A DNA stretch of 24,000 nucleotides from an uncultured archaeon (lineage in GTDB: Archaea; Asgardarchaeota; Thorarchaeia; Thorarchaeales; Thorarchaeaceae), in the NCBI GenBank assembly GCA_964648855.1, contig CAZYLT010000004.1:197680-221679 (forward strand), in the 5' to 3' direction. The notes under the pieces were generated by a model. That model worked only from the letters and a program-made list of their open reading frames with translations. It had not been told where the DNA came from and ran no database searches. The translations under genes and the position numbers were made by a program. Within the stretch, counting starts at the first letter, position 1, and every line of letters begins with the position of its first letter. Shown here in pieces: positions 9,282 to 18,673 of the stretch.

Positions 9282-9556
9282 CCACCATGTATAAGGGGAA
9301 GAATTACTACCTTGTCATCTGATTCGAGAATTGTATCAAGTCCATTCAACATCTCGACATCTCGTTCATTTATCAATATCAGTGTCTCCCGACAAATCCT
9401 TTCGGGCACATGCCATTCCTTTCCTACCTCGGGATTACTGCCGATCAATTGTGCCAGTGCTTCTCCCACAGTACAGCCCTCTTGAATATCCAATGCAAGC
9501 GAACTAGAATCAATTCTTTTTGAAATTGGACCACGTATCGTGAAATGCACAATCAT
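9278..9556 (-). CDS. Ubiquitin-like beta-grasp sulfur carrier/protein modifier (MoaD/ThiS/URM1 family)
   Basis: 92 aa; ends LINERDVEMLNGLDTILESDDKVVILPLIHGG with C-terminal diglycine. Confidence 0.85.
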   Translation of the reverse strand: MIVHFTIRGPISKRIDSSSLALDIQEGCTVGEALAQLIGSNPEVGKEWHVPERICRETLILINERDVEMLNGLDTILESDDKVVILPLIHGG

Positions 9557-10195
9557 CTAAATCCCTATTCCGCTAGCCCTTTCTCCTTGAAGGCGCATTT
9601 CAGAGTTTTCCTATCAGATAAATTTGTATTCATGACTATCATGGGAGAAGTACTCATATGGGCAATAGGTATCCTCTGGTGGACATTAATCCTCTTCCCG
9701 CTCTATTTTGCTTACATGATTACTGATGTTGCAGTTTCATCATATCGCTCACTAGTATTCATACATGAAGCAGTTGGACAAGAATGTAGTGGGATATGGG
9801 TTAAGAGATTTGACCCAGTGAAATGGACTCCCAGATTCAGAGTATTAGAGTTCTGTGGTTTCTTCTTCTATGTAATCTTAGCTCTCAATACGTTCATTTT
9901 TCCCTCTCCTTTTCACTCAGAAAATCTCTTGCGTCTACCTCTTCCTTTCACGGACTTACCTATAATCGAAATGCCCGCGGAGTCAGTTCTTCCCATGATA
10001 ATCGTGTTTGTGCTCTTTGTTGTAACCGATGTGTTTGCCAATCTAGCAGATATACTTACACAACGAGTCATGATTGCATTGGTCGGGGCAATACTAATTG
10101 CCAGAGGGTTTGGTTACCCCATTCCAAAAGCTGAAATCATAGTGCCAGCTCCTGAGAAAGAAGTCGAAGGAATTGAACAGCTAGAGGTCACGTAA
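9545..10195 (+). pseudogene. Truncated MFS-like paralog of the downstream transporter
   Basis: 216 aa align only to the C-terminal half of the 519-aa ORF at 10222-11781 (WWTLILFPLYFAYMITDVAVSSYRSLVFIHEAV / WWNLLLFPLYFSYLLTDVAVSSYRTLIFIPNAV), with ~49 residues missing between LTQRVMI and LVGAILIARGFGYPIPKAE. Confidence 0.75.
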
Positions 10196-10221
10196 CATTG
10201 TCGGATTATTTGGATTTCTAG

Positions 10222-11781
10222 TTGGCTTATCTTTCAACGTTAGCTGTGAAGAGGAGCAAATATCTGTTGGATACAGAAGAAACCATCAACCATCGGAAGG
10301 AGATACCCAATATAGATGACCGCAAAATTGTGCGTCATAGTATTCTTTCTCGGATTTTCGGATTCAGACAACCAACGGAAGCTGGTCTCACTTTGGCGCG
10401 AATACTAATTGTGTTGCTGCCAGCCTTTTCTGCATCTTTTCAGATATCCACATCATTCTTCATGATCTACATTGCCGAGTCATTAGGTGGCGGCGATTAC
10501 ATAGCGGGACTGACTCTTGTAGGAATCTTGGTTGTAGTGCAAACCGCGGTTCAGACAGCATTAGACTATCCAACAGGTGTTCTAGGTGATTGGATTGGCC
10601 AACGTTTTGTTATTGCTTCTGCTCTAGTATCCTACGCACTTGCATTCTACATCACTTCTACTGTGACGCAAAACACTCCCTTTGCGACCTTCTTGGTAAT
10701 CTACATTCTAATGGGGTTTGCAAGCTCGCAGCAGAGTGGCTCATTCGAGGCATGGTTTGATAATAATTACCGTGTTGCTATGCCCCATGATGAGGACAGA
10801 AAACAATACGGAGTATTCTGGGGAAAGCTTGGGATGTTGACCCAAGTGATGGCTACCTTGGTTCTAATACCTGGAAGTTGGCTGGCACTAGTTTTTTCAA
10901 GAACTTGGGTCTTTATGCTTCAGTCGATTCTTTGTATTATACTCTCCATTATGGTCCTATTCCTTCTAAAAGACCTTCCAGGTGTCAGAGAAGAAAGAGA
11001 GGGCCGCCCCTCATTCTCAGAATATACAACCCTTCTCAAGGATGGTGTTAAGTTTCTATTTTCTGCGAAGTTCATCATTTTCATTATTCTGGGCGAAGTT
11101 TTCCTCTTTGCAGTTGGACCAGTCTGGTGGAACCTGTTACTATTTCCTCTCTACTTTTCGTACCTGTTAACGGATGTAGCCGTGTCCTCTTATAGAACTC
11201 TAATTTTCATTCCTAATGCAGTTATGCAAGAACGGACAGGAGTTTGGGCACAAAAATTCGAACCGAAGAAGTGGATTCCACGGTTTCGGCTTTTCCAGTT
11301 CAATGGATTTATTGCCTTCCTGCTATTGGCGTTGCTAACATTCATATTTCCAACTCCTCAGACATCCGAAACAATAGCTCTCTCAATCTTTGGATTTGAT
11401 ATAATCCAGATGCCCGTAGAATCCGTTCTTCCCATGACCATAATGTTCGCAATCTTTGTTGTAAGTGGCATCTTTGGTGGCCTTGCAGGAATCCTTACCC
11501 AACGGGTCATGATTGATGTAGTCCCGAATCGGATTAGGAATAGTCTGTATTCTTTAAGACCAACTCTGGTGATGATTATGACCATGCCTCTTTTGGTCTT
11601 CTTCGGGTGGTTCATGCCTCTATTTGGTTTTCCGGCCACGTTCATTCTGACTTCGTTATTTGGACTGATAGGGACTGTATTGGTCAAGAAGGCATTTTCC
11701 CATCCCGTTCCAAAAGCAGAGGTTGTGACCATTGCCACTGAAAAAGAAACCGAAGAAGTAGAGGAAATGGAAGTCACTTAA
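10222..11781 (+). CDS. Major facilitator superfamily-like multi-pass transporter
   Basis: 519 aa from a TTG start (start uncertain), about 12 hydrophobic segments, MFS loop-like motif DYPTGVLGDWIGQRFVI. Confidence 0.85.
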   Translation: MAYLSTLAVKRSKYLLDTEETINHRKEIPNIDDRKIVRHSILSRIFGFRQPTEAGLTLARILIVLLPAFSASFQISTSFFMIYIAESLGGGDYIAGLTLVGILVVVQTAVQTALDYPTGVLGDWIGQRFVIASALVSYALAFYITSTVTQNTPFATFLVIYILMGFASSQQSGSFEAWFDNNYRVAMPHDEDRKQYGVFWGKLGMLTQVMATLVLIPGSWLALVFSRTWVFMLQSILCIILSIMVLFLLKDLPGVREEREGRPSFSEYTTLLKDGVKFLFSAKFIIFIILGEVFLFAVGPVWWNLLLFPLYFSYLLTDVAVSSYRTLIFIPNAVMQERTGVWAQKFEPKKWIPRFRLFQFNGFIAFLLLALLTFIFPTPQTSETIALSIFGFDIIQMPVESVLPMTIMFAIFVVSGIFGGLAGILTQRVMIDVVPNRIRNSLYSLRPTLVMIMTMPLLVFFGWFMPLFGFPATFILTSLFGLIGTVLVKKAFSHPVPKAEVVTIATEKETEEVEEMEVT

Positions 11782-11796
11782 GCATCTAAATCTCTC

Positions 11797-12747
11797 TCAA
11801 TAGCTGCCTAGGACCTTTTTCAAGGCAGCAGAATCTATACTCCCCGCTGAATAAGATTGCTGTGTTTCTATATCGGTAATTGTTGCTTCAGCAGGACCGA
11901 ATATGAGCGAATCCATGTTTCCGTAACTGATATCAAAGTAGGTGCCTGAATTTCCGGATGGCACTTCGTGTTGTTCAGATGAAAAGGGAATCTCACTAGT
12001 GAGCCAATGTAGATCTTCTTCCTCTGTAGCTCTCACATAGAAAAACACACGCCCTCCGTACATAATGCACTCGTTAGAAATTTTAATCGCTTGCTTGTCA
12101 TTTTTTGCCACCGGTGGTATTGGTGCCACACCATATGCACTTCTAACCTTGTCGGGATGAAATCCTAGTTTGTAGACCTTGAATATTCCCGACTCTATAA
12201 TCCTAGAGGCAATCCGGATAGTTCCCACTTTTGACGCGGTGGGTGATACTACACAGAATAAATCTGATGGGTTAATTCCACATTTCTTTGACAGATACTC
12301 AACGACTTCGGGTGTTGGGATCTGCCGAGTATCCAGTAAAACCACACCTGAATCTGAAGTTTCCTCACAACTAATCTTCCCAATGGGGGTATGCATCTTT
12401 GTTAACGCCTTTGCTGGTCCTGAAGCCATAGCGGTGAAATCGCCTATCTCTATCTTCCAGTCTTCAAATTGTGAGCAAATGATTGCATGTGTTGGCATAT
12501 CAGTTGCAACAATTGCTACAGGGAGAATCAACTCTCCGAACAAACCTCTACTGAGTTTCACAACTCCATGTCCACCCATTGCAATTTCAGCTACAAGCTG
12601 TCCAAGTTCTTGTGTTCCCTGCACATTTACGCCAACATCGATTATCTTAGCTTCATTGACCTCCTCTACGGCACAGTCGAAACGATCAGAATTATTCATG
12701 ATCTTCTTGACGATTTCCGTTACAGCTTCATTCATATTCAACTGCAT
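11797..12747 (-). CDS. mch: Methenyltetrahydromethanopterin cyclohydrolase
   Basis: MQLNMNEAVTEIVKK...ASGPAKAL...SPTASKVGTIRIASRIIESGIFKVYKLGF...SAYGVAPIPPVA; start assigned to the internal Met rather than the track's 12810. Confidence 0.93.
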   Translation of the reverse strand: MQLNMNEAVTEIVKKIMNNSDRFDCAVEEVNEAKIIDVGVNVQGTQELGQLVAEIAMGGHGVVKLSRGLFGELILPVAIVATDMPTHAIICSQFEDWKIEIGDFTAMASGPAKALTKMHTPIGKISCEETSDSGVVLLDTRQIPTPEVVEYLSKKCGINPSDLFCVVSPTASKVGTIRIASRIIESGIFKVYKLGFHPDKVRSAYGVAPIPPVAKNDKQAIKISNECIMYGGRVFFYVRATEEEDLHWLTSEIPFSSEQHEVPSGNSGTYFDISYGNMDSLIFGPAEATITDIETQQSYSAGSIDSAALKKVLGSY

Positions 12748-12957
12748 ATTTATCAGCCGGACATCTGAGAGAGTAATTCTTTTTGGATTCCCATTAGTGT
12801 CTGTTCTCACCCTCTAAACCCCCTTACATTGATATAAGCAGTGGGTCCCTCTTCTTCATCGCCTTATTTCCTGTTTTCGTACACAAAATCACTAGACCGA
12901 TTAATGTGCAAGGAGAAAACTTTATCTCGTGCTCAAGAGGGGGTGAGCACCAGAGAG

Positions 12958-13035
12958 GCCCCAGTAGCTCAGACTGGTTAGATCGCATCCTTGGTAAGGA
13001 TGAGGCCGCGGGTTCAAATCCCGCCTGGGGCTCCA
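12958..13035 (+). tRNA. tRNA-Thr (anticodon GGT), CCA encoded
   Basis: Acceptor gccccag/ctggggc, anticodon arm catcc-ttGGTaa-ggatg, T arm gcggg-ttcaaat-cccgc, discriminator T, CCA at 13033-13035. D-stem carries a C-T mismatch (gctc/gatc). Confidence 0.93.
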
Positions 13036-13039
13036 CTTC

Positions 13040-13411
13040 TTACTCAAACTTGATTCTACCTGTATTCCTGACAATATCCTCTGTGTTGATGCCGCTTTCC
13101 AGCTTGACTCTTTCCCCCCTCTTTATCCTCGATAAAGACCGGATTACTAGATGGGCACCAATGGCAGCTAGGCCTAAAATACCAAAAATCAATCCAATGA
13201 TGAATACGAGAACTTGCTGAACGGAGTAATAACTTGAAGTAGCAATTAGAATCGTTAGAAGCGACATAGGAATGGTCAGAATTCCTATGCCAGTTCTGAG
13301 TTCCGCCAAGTATGTCCTCTTTTCTGCCTCAAGTGTTCTGGTGATGGCCAGTTGTATTCTAATATCTGATGCGCTGATAGAGCGTTGTGCTACAGCTTCT
13401 TCTTCGCTCAA
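13040..13411 (-). CDS. Small two-TM membrane protein (DUF202-like pattern possible)
   Basis: 123 aa from TTG; LEAEKRTYLAELRTGIGILTI...VLVFIIGLIFGILGLAAIGAHLVIRSL. Confidence 0.65.
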   Translation of the reverse strand: MSEEEAVAQRSISASDIRIQLAITRTLEAEKRTYLAELRTGIGILTIPMSLLTILIATSSYYSVQQVLVFIIGLIFGILGLAAIGAHLVIRSLSRIKRGERVKLESGINTEDIVRNTGRIKFE

Positions 13412-13431
13412 CTACACACTCCCCCAGAAAC

Positions 13432-13692
13432 TTACTCCTGTTCCTCGCTCCTCTTTGCATTCAGCAGTTTTTCTGCTTTCTTCTCACCTACGAGACTGCT
13501 AAGTTTTCTAATCGCATCCGGGTCGTCTTCTCGTTCCAATAGATTCTCTACCCGCTTACGGACAGCAGGTGACAAGTCTCTGGCCAGTTTCTTTCTTCTT
13601 TCCTTTTTACTCAAGTCAAAATCATCTGGTCCAAGAAGACTCATTATTACCACATGTAACTCTGCATCGAAAGGTTTTATGGGTTTTCGCAT
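13432..13692 (-). CDS. Hypothetical small charged protein
   Basis: Internal ATG gives MRKPIKPFDAELHVVIMSLLGPDDFDLSKKERRKKLARDLSPAVRKRVENLLE...; highly charged helical, in line with the 13040-13411 gene. Confidence 0.55.
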   Translation of the reverse strand: MRKPIKPFDAELHVVIMSLLGPDDFDLSKKERRKKLARDLSPAVRKRVENLLEREDDPDAIRKLSSLVGEKKAEKLLNAKRSEEQE

Positions 13693-13745
13693 GACTGAGT
13701 AATCCACAAAAGGGGGACATTGCATGAGAGTTTGTGGTCCAGTTG

Positions 13746-16088
13746 ATGAAGGAAACTCTCGGTGATGTAGAAGAAATCACATCCGAAGAACACTACGTTG
13801 AAATTCATTGTGAGAATGGAAGTGCAAGAGTTACTATCGTAACCCCCAAGATTGTTCGGCTTCAAATGACTACGACTGATGTTTACAGACATTTCGACTC
13901 ATACGCAGTTAAAGGGCCACTCCCGGAAGGGAATTTCCTATTCGAAGAAGGTGAGGTTTCCAAAATAGCAACGGGAGAACTTACTCTGGAAGTCGGAAAA
14001 ACTCCCTTCAGCTTCAGAGTACTAGACAAGTCCGGCAAAACAATCCAAGAAGATGCTGAATCAGGGGGCATGCATTGGAAGGGCAAATCCTTTACCGTAA
14101 CGAAGCGAATGAAGAAGAATACCTGCTTCTATGGAATGGGTGAGAAAGCACATGGACTCAATAAGCGAGGCCTCCGCTATGTAATGTGGAACACTGATAA
14201 CCCGGACTATGATTCTGAGTCAGATCCCCTGTATCAGAGTATTCCTTTCTTCATAGTCTTGGATGATGACATGGCATATGGTGTCTTCTTAGACAACACG
14301 TACAAAACATGGTTTGATTTCGGACGTACTATAGCTGGCTCATATGCATTTGGCGCTCCTGATGGTCCAGTCGACTACTACATATTCTACGGCCCAACAA
14401 TCCAGGATGTTATCGAAGGTTACACCAAAATCACAGGGAAACCACACTTCATTCCCAAGTGGGCCTTGGGACATCAGCACTCACGTTGGATGGAATATGA
14501 GTCAGATGAAGATATCTTGAAAGTGGCCCGCGGTCTGAGGGAACACAAGATTCCATGTGACACAATAGTATTAGATATCCTGTATATGGATCAATTCAAG
14601 ATATTCACATGGGACCCCGAAGTATTTCCCAACCCGCGGAAATTATCAAACCAGCTTTCCGAGAGGGGTTTTAAGACTATGACTATAATTGACCCAGGCG
14701 TAAAGAAAGAAGAAGGCTATTTCGTATTCGATGAAGGGGTCAAGAAGGATTATTTCCTGAAGAAAGAAGACGGCTCCTTGTTTGTCGGTCTTGTTTGGCC
14801 TGGCTTGACAGTATTCCCTGTATTTTCAAGGCAGGAAGTCAGGAACTGGTTTGGAATCTACTATCAGAAGCAACCCAAATGGGGGGTTAGTAATAGCAGC
14901 TGGATAGATATGAACGAACCTAGTGTGCATGAAGGTCTTCAAAATGAATACTCCATCTCTGAGGCTGTCACTAAGGAGGGAGAACCTTGGGAACCACGTC
15001 TACGAAATGTCTACGGTCTTTGCATGGCAGAGGCTGCTTTCTACGGATTAAGAGAAGCGTATCCCGGAGAGAGACCCTTCCTTCTGACACGTTCAGGGTT
15101 TGCAGGTTATCAGCGATACTCGGCTACCTGGACAGGCGATAATAAGTCCACCTGGGAATATCTTCGCCTGTCCATCCCCATGATTCTGAATCTGGGTCTA
15201 TCTGGAGTACCATTCAGTGGTGCCGACATTGGTGGTTTTGGTGGGGACGTCACTGCTGAGTTATTGGCACGTTGGTATCAACTGGGTTCTTTCTACCCAT
15301 TCTCTAGAAATCACTCCCAAATTGAAACAAGACGGCAAGAACCGTGGCTGTTTGGAGATGAGGTTTCACAAATCGCAAGCAAATATATCTCATTGCGATA
15401 TCGATTCATGAGATATCTGTATTCACTTGCATGGTTGGCTTCTGAAACAGGATCGCCCATCATGAAACCCTTAGTCTTGGAATTCCAAGAGGATGAAAAC
15501 ACTCATGAAATTGATACAGAGTTTCTCGTTGGCTCCTTCCTCTTAATAGCTCCCATATTACATGAGGGAAAAACTGAACGCAATGTGTATTTGCCAGAAG
15601 GTTTCTGGTATGATTACTGGACGAGTGAGAGATTTGAGGGTCCAATGTCCTTCGAAGTGTCCGCCCCACTTGATACAATGCCCATCTATTGTCGGGGCGG
15701 CTCAGTCCTTCCGGCAGGTCAAGTTATTCAGAATTGTCAAGAATCTCAAGGTGATGTCTTGCTGCTGATATACCCTGATGGAAATGGAAGTATCATTTTT
15801 TACCAAGATGATGGCATCTTGGAAGATGGTGCCTACGCAAAGACAAGGATACAGGTTGAATCAGACGTAGAATCTGTCTTGATTCGACTGGACGAACGAG
15901 AAGGCACATGGAATCCACCGGCGGAGAAACTGATTCTTGAAGTTCGAGGATTGACTGAAGGTCCAAAGAAGGTAGTAATTGACAATAAGGAGCACAAGGT
16001 GTCAGATGTGTACCATTCGAATGCCAGTCTATGTCGGATTGAACTAGCCAACGACGGTCGCCCCCATGAAGTGCTAATTGAGAGATAG
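13746..16088 (+). CDS. Glycoside hydrolase family 31 alpha-glucosidase/alpha-xylosidase-like
   Basis: WIDMNEPSVHEG (catalytic Asp region), FLLTRSGFAGYQRYSATWTGDNKSTWEYLRLSIPMILNLGLSGVPFSGADIGGFGG, ELLARWYQLGSFYPFSRNHS. Track start is 13734; the ATG is at 13746. Confidence 0.95.
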   Translation: MKETLGDVEEITSEEHYVEIHCENGSARVTIVTPKIVRLQMTTTDVYRHFDSYAVKGPLPEGNFLFEEGEVSKIATGELTLEVGKTPFSFRVLDKSGKTIQEDAESGGMHWKGKSFTVTKRMKKNTCFYGMGEKAHGLNKRGLRYVMWNTDNPDYDSESDPLYQSIPFFIVLDDDMAYGVFLDNTYKTWFDFGRTIAGSYAFGAPDGPVDYYIFYGPTIQDVIEGYTKITGKPHFIPKWALGHQHSRWMEYESDEDILKVARGLREHKIPCDTIVLDILYMDQFKIFTWDPEVFPNPRKLSNQLSERGFKTMTIIDPGVKKEEGYFVFDEGVKKDYFLKKEDGSLFVGLVWPGLTVFPVFSRQEVRNWFGIYYQKQPKWGVSNSSWIDMNEPSVHEGLQNEYSISEAVTKEGEPWEPRLRNVYGLCMAEAAFYGLREAYPGERPFLLTRSGFAGYQRYSATWTGDNKSTWEYLRLSIPMILNLGLSGVPFSGADIGGFGGDVTAELLARWYQLGSFYPFSRNHSQIETRRQEPWLFGDEVSQIASKYISLRYRFMRYLYSLAWLASETGSPIMKPLVLEFQEDENTHEIDTEFLVGSFLLIAPILHEGKTERNVYLPEGFWYDYWTSERFEGPMSFEVSAPLDTMPIYCRGGSVLPAGQVIQNCQESQGDVLLLIYPDGNGSIIFYQDDGILEDGAYAKTRIQVESDVESVLIRLDEREGTWNPPAEKLILEVRGLTEGPKKVVIDNKEHKVSDVYHSNASLCRIELANDGRPHEVLIER

Positions 16089-16140
16089 AGTTGTGCTCCG
16101 CTATTCTTATAACATGAGATGAGGGAAACCGAAATTACAT

Positions 16141-16217
16141 GGGTCGGTGGTCTAGCTTGGCATGATTCTTGGTTTGGGTCCAAGGGATCGGGCGTTCAAA
16201 TCGCCTCCGGCCCACCA
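16141..16217 (+). tRNA. tRNA-Pro (anticodon TGG), CCA encoded
   Basis: Acceptor gggtcgg/ccggccc (one G-U), anticodon arm cttgg-ttTGGgt-ccaag, T arm gggcg-ttcaaat-cgcct (one G-U), discriminator A, CCA at 16215-16217. Box A/B style D-arm gtctagcttggcatgat. Confidence 0.93.
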
Positions 16218-16336
16218 TTCTACAGCTTTTCGGACTTCTTTCCCGTCATTTTTCTTTCTTCGTTTCACATTAATACCAACAGATATTCGACAAAAGACGT
16301 AATCCTTATCTAATACTTCCTTCTCATCGTGATAAC

Positions 16337-17062
16337 ATGTCTATTCAGGCATCCGTCAGAGAAAGGCTCGCTCGTCGTATCGCAGGTGAAATTGCCATTT
16401 CAGACCATCCTGGTCAAACAATGCGAATGTGGAGAGAGCGGTTTCGACTTCCTCAAATAGAACTGGCTGATTACATAGGAATCAGTCCAAGTGTAATCAG
16501 TGACTACGAGTCGGGTAGACGGAAATCTCCTGGAACAGCAACAATCCGTCGGTTTGTCATGGCGTTACTTGCTCTCGATGAAAAACATGGTGGACAAGTA
16601 ATATCCGCTTTTGTGAGATTGATGGATGTCAGTCTTGTGGATCTAAATATTGTGTTGGCAATGAGTGATTTCACGGAGAGTATGACTGCGAAGGAATTCT
16701 GTGATCGGCTCAAATGCAATATTGAAGCAGGGAAAGAGCACCTTGACAAAGAGATTTTTGGTTATACTCTGGTGGACGTTGAACGAGCTGTAAAAGAACT
16801 GGATAGTGAAGCTTTCCTCAAATTGTTCGGAGCGACAACTGAACGCTGCTTGATTTTTACTAGAGTCAATACTGGACGGGCTCCAATGATTGCAATAAAA
16901 TCACAGGAATTCAAGCCTACGCTGGTAATTCTGCATGGGGTAGAAAAGGTTGATCAGCTTGCACTAGACCTATCTGAACAAATGAGCATTCCACTTGCCG
17001 TCAGTAAAATCAATTCAATTGATGGGCTCACCCGGGAGCTGCATTCGATAAAACCAGATTAG
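16337..17062 (+). CDS. XRE-type HTH transcriptional regulator, archaeal family with a C-terminal domain
   Basis: 241 aa; MRMWRERFRLPQIELADYIGISPSVISDYESGRRKSPGTATIRRFVMALLALD HTH. Confidence 0.88.
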   Translation: MSIQASVRERLARRIAGEIAISDHPGQTMRMWRERFRLPQIELADYIGISPSVISDYESGRRKSPGTATIRRFVMALLALDEKHGGQVISAFVRLMDVSLVDLNIVLAMSDFTESMTAKEFCDRLKCNIEAGKEHLDKEIFGYTLVDVERAVKELDSEAFLKLFGATTERCLIFTRVNTGRAPMIAIKSQEFKPTLVILHGVEKVDQLALDLSEQMSIPLAVSKINSIDGLTRELHSIKPD

Positions 17063-17973
17063 CTCAGCATCATGCTGAGAATAGCCATTCTGGTGACGAC
17101 ACCGCTATACACTTGTTCGAAGTACTTAGCTTGAGGTGTTGAATCTACTTCTGGACTAAGCTCATCAACTCTTGGTAATGGATGAAGAATAATAGCGTCC
17201 TTAGGCATAAGTGATACATCTTCCATCCCAATCCTAAACTTCCCTTTTATAGCCTCATATTCTCTAATATCTGGAAAACGTTCTTTCTGAATGCGTGTCA
17301 TATATACAACATCTGCATCCTTTATTGCAGCTTCAATTGAATCCACCTCTTCTACCTCAATGCCCTTTTCCATCATTTCTTCAATTATGGCTGGTTTCAT
17401 CCTGAGGGAATCTGGTGCAGCTAGTTTGATGGCAACATCATAGTTTGACAATCCCATTCCCAGCGAGTGAACAGTCCTTCCGTATCTAAGGTCGCCACAA
17501 AGCGAAATACGTAGACTGTCAATACCACCTTTGAATTTAGCAATCGAATAGAGGTCGAGCAACGCTTGTGTTGGATGCTCTTCCGATCCGCTTCCTGCAT
17601 TTATGACTGGAATACTTGAGAATTCCGAGGCAACCCGCGCAGATCCATCTAGGGGATGACGAATCACTATTACATCTGCGTATTTTTCAACAGTTCTGAT
17701 TGTGTCAGCTAAGGTCTCTCCCTTGCCGCCTGCACTTGATGAAACGACATCGGCGAAGCCCAGTACTCCTCCCCCGAGTCTAATCATGGCGCTTTCGAAG
17801 GACAATCGGGTTCTTGTAGATGCCTCGAAAAACAGGCATGCCATTATTTTTCCCTTTAGTTCATCGCTTCTTTTTCTTGCGACGGCTTCCATCTCTGATG
17901 CTTTTCCAATTATCCGGTCAATGCCATCTCGGTCTAGGTCCTGTATGCTAATCAGGTTATTGAGCCATTTCAT
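17059..17973 (-). CDS. pyrB: Aspartate carbamoyltransferase catalytic subunit
   Basis: 304 aa; FFEASTRTRLSFESAMIRLGG, HPLDGSARVASEFSSIPVINAGSGSEEHPTQALLDLYS, ILHPLPRVDEL. Confidence 0.96.
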   Translation of the reverse strand: MKWLNNLISIQDLDRDGIDRIIGKASEMEAVARKRSDELKGKIMACLFFEASTRTRLSFESAMIRLGGGVLGFADVVSSSAGGKGETLADTIRTVEKYADVIVIRHPLDGSARVASEFSSIPVINAGSGSEEHPTQALLDLYSIAKFKGGIDSLRISLCGDLRYGRTVHSLGMGLSNYDVAIKLAAPDSLRMKPAIIEEMMEKGIEVEEVDSIEAAIKDADVVYMTRIQKERFPDIREYEAIKGKFRIGMEDVSLMPKDAIILHPLPRVDELSPEVDSTPQAKYFEQVYSGVVTRMAILSMMLS

Positions 17974-18051
17974 CTCTTTTTTTCTCCCACTGACTACGAG
18001 GGTTGGAATCGTTAGTTCCTCATTAACCTTTCCGGCAAACTTGTCGACAGG

Positions 18052-18546
18052 TTACTCGGTGTCTGATTGACTGATTCCATGCTTTCGCTCCATGTCTATT
18101 TCTCGAATCTTCAGATTGGATTGCTGTACGAGCTCAATTGCCAACTCATCGGGATAGCCTTCGATGTAAATGACCTCTTTGATACCTGCGTTGATTATCA
18201 TTTTTGTACAAATACTGCAGGGGAGTGTAGTGCAGTACACCTTTGCTCCCTTCACGCTCACGCCATGATATGCTGCTTGGATAATTGCATTTTGTTCTGC
18301 GTGCAATCCTCTACAAAGCTCATGCCTTTCTCCTGATTTTATTCCCGACCGTTCTCTCAAACATCCACCAAGTTCTTCACAGTGAGGTAACCCCTTCGGA
18401 GCCCCATTGTAACCGGTGGACAGGATTTGCCCATCCTTTACTATAACTGCTCCAACATGGTTTCGCAGACATGTGCTCCTTGTACTAACTAGGTCTGCAA
18501 TCTCAGCGAAGTATACATCCTTGCTTTTTCTGGTCATCTCAAACAC
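18052..18546 (-). CDS. dCMP deaminase-family protein
   Basis: 164 aa; [11 protein letters not shown] and [16 protein letters not shown] zinc motifs, [22 protein letters not shown]. Confidence 0.92.
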   Translation of the reverse strand: MFEMTRKSKDVYFAEIADLVSTRSTCLRNHVGAVIVKDGQILSTGYNGAPKGLPHCEELGGCLRERSGIKSGERHELCRGLHAEQNAIIQAAYHGVSVKGAKVYCTTLPCSICTKMIINAGIKEVIYIEGYPDELAIELVQQSNLKIREIDMERKHGISQSDTE

Positions 18547-18673
18547 ATCTCTGTGAAGTAGCGAGCCGTCCTAGAATTCCCTGTCTTATGAAGTTCGCCC
18601 TACATGGCCGTGATACAGAGGAAAGATAAAAAGTAGACATAATCTGAACGTAGTAACATGAATCACGAATGAT

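Noticed and set aside
12824-13036. ORF of 70 aa (MEPQAGFEPAASSLPRM...) on the minus strand
   Set aside because: It is the antisense of the tRNA-Thr gene, a well-known spurious annotation pattern.
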